From positions 1-31,434 of the forward strand of contig NIVC01001227.1 in assembly GCA_002269645.1 (NCBI GenBank): a stretch of DNA of 31,434 bases, given 5' to 3'. This document shows positions 26,701-31,434 of this stretch, in pieces (positions within the stretch are counted from its first letter, which is position 1; each line of letters begins with the position of its first letter). The notes below the pieces were generated by a model, which worked only from the letters and a program-made list of their open reading frames with translations, did not search any database and had not been told where the DNA came from. This DNA comes from Macrostomum lignano (lineage: Eukaryota). The position numbers and the translations under genes are program-made.

Positions 26701-28140
26701 ACTGACACAGTCACCAATGCATCCTGGATGTGTTGTTGGTGTGTCACTGACACAGTCACCAATGCATCCTGGTGTGTTGTTGGTGTGTCACTGACACAGT
26801 CACCAATGCATCCTGGGTGTGTTGTTGGTGTGTCACTGACACAGTCACCAATGCATCCTGGGTGTGCTGTTGGTGTGTCACTGACACAGTCACCACTGCA
26901 TCCTGGATGTGTTGTTGGTGTGTCACTGACACAGTCACCAATGCATCCTGGGTGTGTTGTTGGTGTGTCACTGACACAGTCACCACTGCATCCTGGATGT
27001 GTTGTTGGTGTGTCACTGACACAGTCACCACTACATCCTGGATGTGTTGTTGGTGTGTCACTGACACAGTCACCTACATCCTGGATGTGTTGTTGGTGTG
27101 TCACTGACACAGTCACCACTACATCCTGGATGTGTTGTTGGTGTGTCACTGACACAGTCACCACTACATCCTGGATGTGTTGTTGGTGTGTCACTGACAC
27201 AGTCACCACTACATCCTGGATGTGTTGTTGGTGTGTCACTGACACAGTCACCAATGCATCCTGGGTGTGTTGTTGGTGTGTCACTGACACAGTCACCAAT
27301 GCATCCTGAGTTTGCTGTTGGTGTGTCACTGACACAGTCACCAATGCATCCTGGGTGTGTTGTTGGTGTGTCACTGACACAGTCACCAATGCATCCTGGG
27401 TGTGCTGTTGGTGTGTCACTGACACAGTCACCAATGCATCCTGGGTGTGCTGTTGGTGTGTCACTGACACAGTCACCAATGCATCCTGGGTTTGCTGTTG
27501 GTGTGTCACTGACACAGTCTCCAATGCATCCTGGGTGTGTTGTTGGTGTGTCACTGACACAGTCACCAATGCATCCTGGATGTGCTGTTGGTGTGTCACT
27601 GACACAGTCACCAATGCATCCTGGGTGTGCTGTTGGTGTGTCACTGACACAGTCACCAATGCATCCTGGGTTTGCTGTTGGTGTGTCACTGACACAGTCA
27701 CCAATGCATCCTGGGTGTGTTGTTGGTGTGTCACTGACACAGTCACCAATGCATCCTGGGTGTGTTGTTGGTGTGTCACTGACACAGTCACCAATGCATC
27801 CTGGGTGTGTTGTTGGTGTGTCACTGACAGTCACCAATGCATCCTGGGTGTGTTGTTGGTGTGTCACTGACACAGTCACCAATGCATCCTGGGTGTGCTG
27901 TTGGTGTGTCACTGACACAGTCACCAATGCATCCTGGGTGTGTTGTTGGTGTGTCACTGACACAGTCACCAATGCATCCTGGATGTGTTGTTGGTGTGTC
28001 ACTGACACAGTCACCAATGCATCCTGGGTGTGTTGTTGGTGTGTCACTGACACAGTCACCAATGCATCCTGGGTGTGTTGTTGGTGTGTCACTGACACAG
28101 TCACCAATGCATCCTGGATGTGCTGTTGGTGTGTCACTGA
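5767..28140. repeat. 22.4-kb tandem satellite, 45/44-bp monomer GTGTCACTGACACAGTCACCAATGCATCCTGG(G)TGTGTTGTTGGT, about 500 copies
   Basis: Continuous head-to-tail copies with no spacers. A degenerate first copy starts at 5767 and the array ends abruptly at ...GTGTCACTGA|GAATTC (28140). The monomer is 51% GC and has no CpG. Confidence 0.99.
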
Positions 28141-28215
28141 GAATTCCTGCGGTTTTCTGATGTCAAGGGCACAAACTTTTTTCTTTTAAAAGTCTCTTCG
28201 ATACTGGTAAGTACA
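28134..28215 (-). CDS. Speculative terminal coding exon (VLTSIEETFKRKKFVPLTSENRRNSQ*), with the stop codon inside the adjacent satellite copy
   Basis: Acceptor CAATTTACAG| at 28216, a CACTAAT branch-like motif about 40 nt upstream, and a phase compatible with the candidate exon at 28340-28472. No homology evidence. Confidence 0.15.
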
Positions 28216-28339
28216 CTGTAAATTGGACTGTTCCTACAATAGCAATTTGCAATGCAATTAGTGCCAGCTTTAGTGTCTAGGCCAAATAGCTGCATCAAGA
28301 TACTGGGCTTAATGCCTCCCGTTCTGTGATATCTTTTAC

Positions 28340-28472
28340 CAATTGATTGATTGAACGGCTAAGCAGGCTGATCTCTGGGATGGGATCAGACTCCAGACGC
28401 AGTGAGGCGTCCCTTCAACCCTCCCCATTCTCCATCGAGGCCAAATCCCAGAGGGGGAAATAATTTCTTGGC
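28340..28472 (-). CDS. Speculative internal exon (133 nt; QEIISPSGIWPRWRMGRVEGTPHCVWSLIPSQRSACLAVQSIN)
   Basis: Strong T-rich acceptor TTTTTCATATTTATTTTTAATTACAG|G with an ACTAA branch-like motif, and a moderate donor TTG|GTAAAA. One frame is open across the exon. No homology confirmed. Confidence 0.22.
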
Positions 28473-28840
28473 CTGTAATTAAAAATAAATATGAAAAATT
28501 TTAGTCTAAATTCTTTTGGCATGCATTTTTTATCGCCGACTCAACCGGAGGGCTGCGGGAGACACTTGGGAGAGGGGAATTATTGAGATAACAAAAAATG
28601 GGAATTCAGAATATCAAGGGTGGAAACTGGCAAAGTCAACAAGTACCGACCGAGTACCGTTGGTTTTATAGTGCATTGCCGTATAGCTGAGCCGAATACT
28701 CAGCTCAGAATTGCACTGCATTCGGTAATAAATTATGCAGATCTTTGTGCGTAGCTTGCTTGTAGCGCCCTTGTCTGGGAGATTATTGGGGAAGTGTTAG
28801 ACCTAATTGAGAGGGGGTATGGGGAGAGTGAAGCGAAATA

Positions 28841-30867
28841 AGATGAAGGAGAGAGAGAGAAGGCAAATGAGATGCAGGGAGAGATGAAGAGAGAAGGCAA
28901 AGGAGATGCAGGGAGAGAGGGAGAGAGAAGGCAAATGAGATGAAGGGAGAGAGGGAGAGAGAAGGCAAAGGAGATGAAGGGAGAGAGGGAGAGAGAAGGC
29001 AAAGGAGTTGCAGGGAGAGAGGGAGAGAGAAGGCAAATGAGATGCAGGGAGAGAGGGAGAGAGAAGGCAAAGGAGATGCAGGGAGAGAGGGAGAGAGAAG
29101 GCAAATGAGATGAAGGGAGAGAGGGAGAGAGAAGGCAAATGAGATGCAGGGAGAGAGGGAGAGAGAAGGCAAAGGAGATGCAGAGAGAGAGAGAGAGGGA
29201 GAGAGAAGGCAAAGGAGATGCAGGGAGAGAGGGAGAAAGAAGGCAAATGAGATGAAGGGAGAGAGGGAGAGAGAAGGCAAAGGAGATGCAGGCAGAGAGG
29301 GAGAGAGAAGGCAAATGAGATGAAGGGAGAGAGGGAGAGAGAAGGCAAAGGAGTTGCAGGGAGAGAGGGAGAGAGAAGGCAAATGAGATGCAGGGAGAGA
29401 GGGAGAGAGAAGGCAAAGGAGATGCAGGGAGAGAGGGAGAGAGAAGGCAAATGAGATGAAGGGAGAGAGGGAGAGAGAAGGCAAATGAGATGCAGGGAGA
29501 GAGGGAGAGAGAAGGCAAAGGAGATGCAGAGAGAGAGAGAGGGAGAGAGAAGGCAAAGGAGATGCAGGGAGAGAGGGAGAAAGAAGGCAAATGAGATGAA
29601 GGGAGAGAGGGAGAGAGAAGGCAAAGGAGATGCAGGCAGAGAGGGAGAGAGAAGGCAAATGAGATGAAGGGAGAGAGGGAGAGAGAAGGCAAAGGAGATG
29701 CAGGGAGAGAGGGAGAGAGAAGGCAAAGGAGATGAAGGGAGAGAGGGAGAGAGAAAACAAAGGAGATGAAGGGAGAGAGGGAGAGAGAAGGCAAAGGAGA
29801 TGAAGGGAGAGAGGGAGAGAGAAGGCAAAGGAGTTGCAGGGAGAGAGGGAGAGAGAAGGCAAATGAGATGCAGGGAGAGAGGGAGAGAGAAGGCAAAGGA
29901 GATGCAGGGAGAGAGGGAGAGAGAAGGCAAATGAGATGAAGGGAGAGAGGGAGAGAGAAGGCAAATGAGATGCAGGGAGAGAGGGAGAGAGAAGGCAAAG
30001 GAGATGCAGAGAGAGAGAGAGAGGAGAGAGAAGGCAAAGGAGATGCAGGGAGAGAGGGAGAAAGAAGGCAAATGAGATGAAGGGAGAGAGGGAGAGAGAA
30101 GGCAAAGGAGATGCAGGCAGAGAGGGAGAGAGAAGGCAAATGAGATGAAGGGAGAGAGGGAGAGAGAAGGCAAAGGAGTTGCAGGGAGAGAGGGAGAGAG
30201 AAGGCAAATGAGATGCAGGGAGAGAGGGAGAGAGAAGGCAAAGGAGATGCAGGGAGAGAGGGAGAGAGAAGGCAAATGAGATGAAGGGAGAGAGGGAGAG
30301 AGAAGGCAAATGAGATGCAGGAGAGAGGGAGAGAGAAGGCAAAGGAGATGCAGAGAGAGAGAGAGGGAGAGAGAAGGCAAAGGAGATGCAGGGAGAGAGG
30401 GAGAAAGAAGGCAAATGAGATGAAGGGAGAGAGGGAGAGAGAAGGCAAAGGAGATGCAGGCAGAGAGGGAGAGAGAAGGCAAATGAGATGAAGGGAGAGA
30501 GGGAGAGAGAAGGCAAAGGAGATGCAGGGAGAGAGGGAGAGAGAAGGCAAAGGAGATGAAGGAGAGAGGGAGAGAGAAAACAAAGGAGATGAAGGGAGAG
30601 AGGGAGAGAGAAGGCAAAGGAGACGCAGGGAGAGAGGGAGAGAGAAGGCAAATGAGATGCAGGGAGAGGGAGAGAGAAGGCAAATGAGATGAAGGGAGAG
30701 ATGGAGAGAGAAGGCAAATGAGATGCAGGGAGAGAGGGAGAGAGAAGGCAAATGAGATGCAGGGAGAGAGAAGGCAAAGGAGATGAAGGGAGAGAGGGAG
30801 AGAGAAGGCAAAGGAGATGCAGGGAGAGAGGGAGAGAGAAGGCAAATGAGATGAAGGGAGAGAGAGA
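28841..30867. repeat. 34-bp purine-rich minisatellite, consensus GGAGAGAGGGAGAGAGAAGGCAAA(T/G)GAGATG(A/C)AG, about 60 copies
   Basis: AAGGCAAA recurs at a 34-nt period (e.g. 28928 and 28962). It accounts for the Leu/Ser/Pro ORFs of about 700 aa on the minus strand. Confidence 0.97.
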
Positions 30868-31434
30868 TTGAAAATTTAATTCCCTCGTCGGCTGCAGCAG
30901 ATGTTGCGAAGAGGGAATGGGAGGTGAAGTTAAAAGAAATTGAGTTGATAAGAGACAGAATAGCAGGCTATAGGAGAGAAAGAGATACAGGATTAAGAGA
31001 CAGGCGCAAGCACCCATTCCAGTTAATTGCAGAGTTTCTCATTAAATCGCGAATACACCTGGAAACAGAGGCAGTTTCCTCTTGCAAGTCAAATCCTCGA
31101 ACTTGTATAATCCGCTGCTTCCTTCATCAAACAGAAGTCACAGTCTCGTATATCCGTTTAATTTTTAATGCGAGACGTGCTTGTTCTAGTCCGGACTTTT
31201 TCGATAATTAAACCTTCGACAGAGGAGAATTCAAATCCTGTTATTGAGTTAGATGTTTTTAAAAATACAGATTTTTTTTAGAAAACGCTTTTCGAAACAG
31301 AGAGCAGACAATATCCTAATGAAAATCCGTTTCTCTAAGGGCTTTTGTTGTCAAGGAAATTGACTGACTCAAACAGCAAATAGCTTTATAGGGGGAGTTT
31401 AGGGGAGAAAATTTTTATTAATATTTTTCAAGTT

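Noticed and set aside
5767-28140. CRISPR array (palindromic repeat of about 45 bp in hundreds of copies)
   Set aside because: The units are contiguous with no unique spacers, there are no cas-like ORFs, and the context is eukaryotic and rich in microsatellites.
5767-28140. Satellite-encoded hammerhead ribozyme, as known from newt and schistosome satellites
   Set aside because: The monomer has CTGAC but lacks the CUGANGA and GAAA catalytic core on either strand.
5973-28189. Hundreds of Cys/Trp-, VGVSLTQSPMHPG- or VTVSVTHQQ-repeat ORFs, including the 430-aa and 363-aa ORFs at 26532-28189
   Set aside because: 45 bp is 15 codons, so stop-free frames stay open wherever 45-bp units run consecutively. 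They open on both strands at once, are frameshifted by every 44-bp unit, and mostly start at GTG.
28193-28212. + strand 14-nt microexon with a perfect CTG|GTAAGT donor
   Set aside because: The acceptor is a weak AAG, the length is not a multiple of 3, and isolated donor matches are expected by chance (another lies at about 606-612 on the minus strand).
28733-31017. Three Leu/Ser/Pro-rich minus-strand ORFs of about 700 aa
   Set aside because: All three frames are open only because the pyrimidine-rich strand of the 34-mer lacks stop codons. The products are low-complexity.
30924-31211. 95-aa ORF with a charged N-terminus (KLKEIELIRDR), possibly a gag-like coiled-coil remnant
   Set aside because: It starts at GTG, has an in-frame stop just upstream at the repeat edge, and shows no zinc knuckle or other motif I can recognise.

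Overview
Eukaryotic, probably animal, non-coding DNA; about 85% of the window is tandem repeat. A single 44/45-bp satellite of about 500 copies fills 5767-28140. It is flanked by six unrelated arrays: (CT)n, a 23-24-mer, (TCTG)n, a CpG-rich 20-mer, a strict 10-mer and a purine-rich 34-mer. Nearly all ORFs in the six-frame track are translations of these repeats and are not credible genes. I found no rRNA, tRNA, CRISPR array or recognisable transposase/RT. The most notable signals are: a satellite monomer built from two near-palindromes; an interspersed GG/GGG two-state pattern in the array core, which is either a real variant-repeat code or a consensus artefact; a homogeneous core with diverged ends that share variants; a phased array of YY1-like sites; a telomere-like 10-mer that fits the G-quadruplex pattern; nested higher-order repeats; and a 16-bp inverted repeat pair. 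Two weak spliced-exon candidates are reported at low confidence. I cannot support a claim of a new protein-coding system here.
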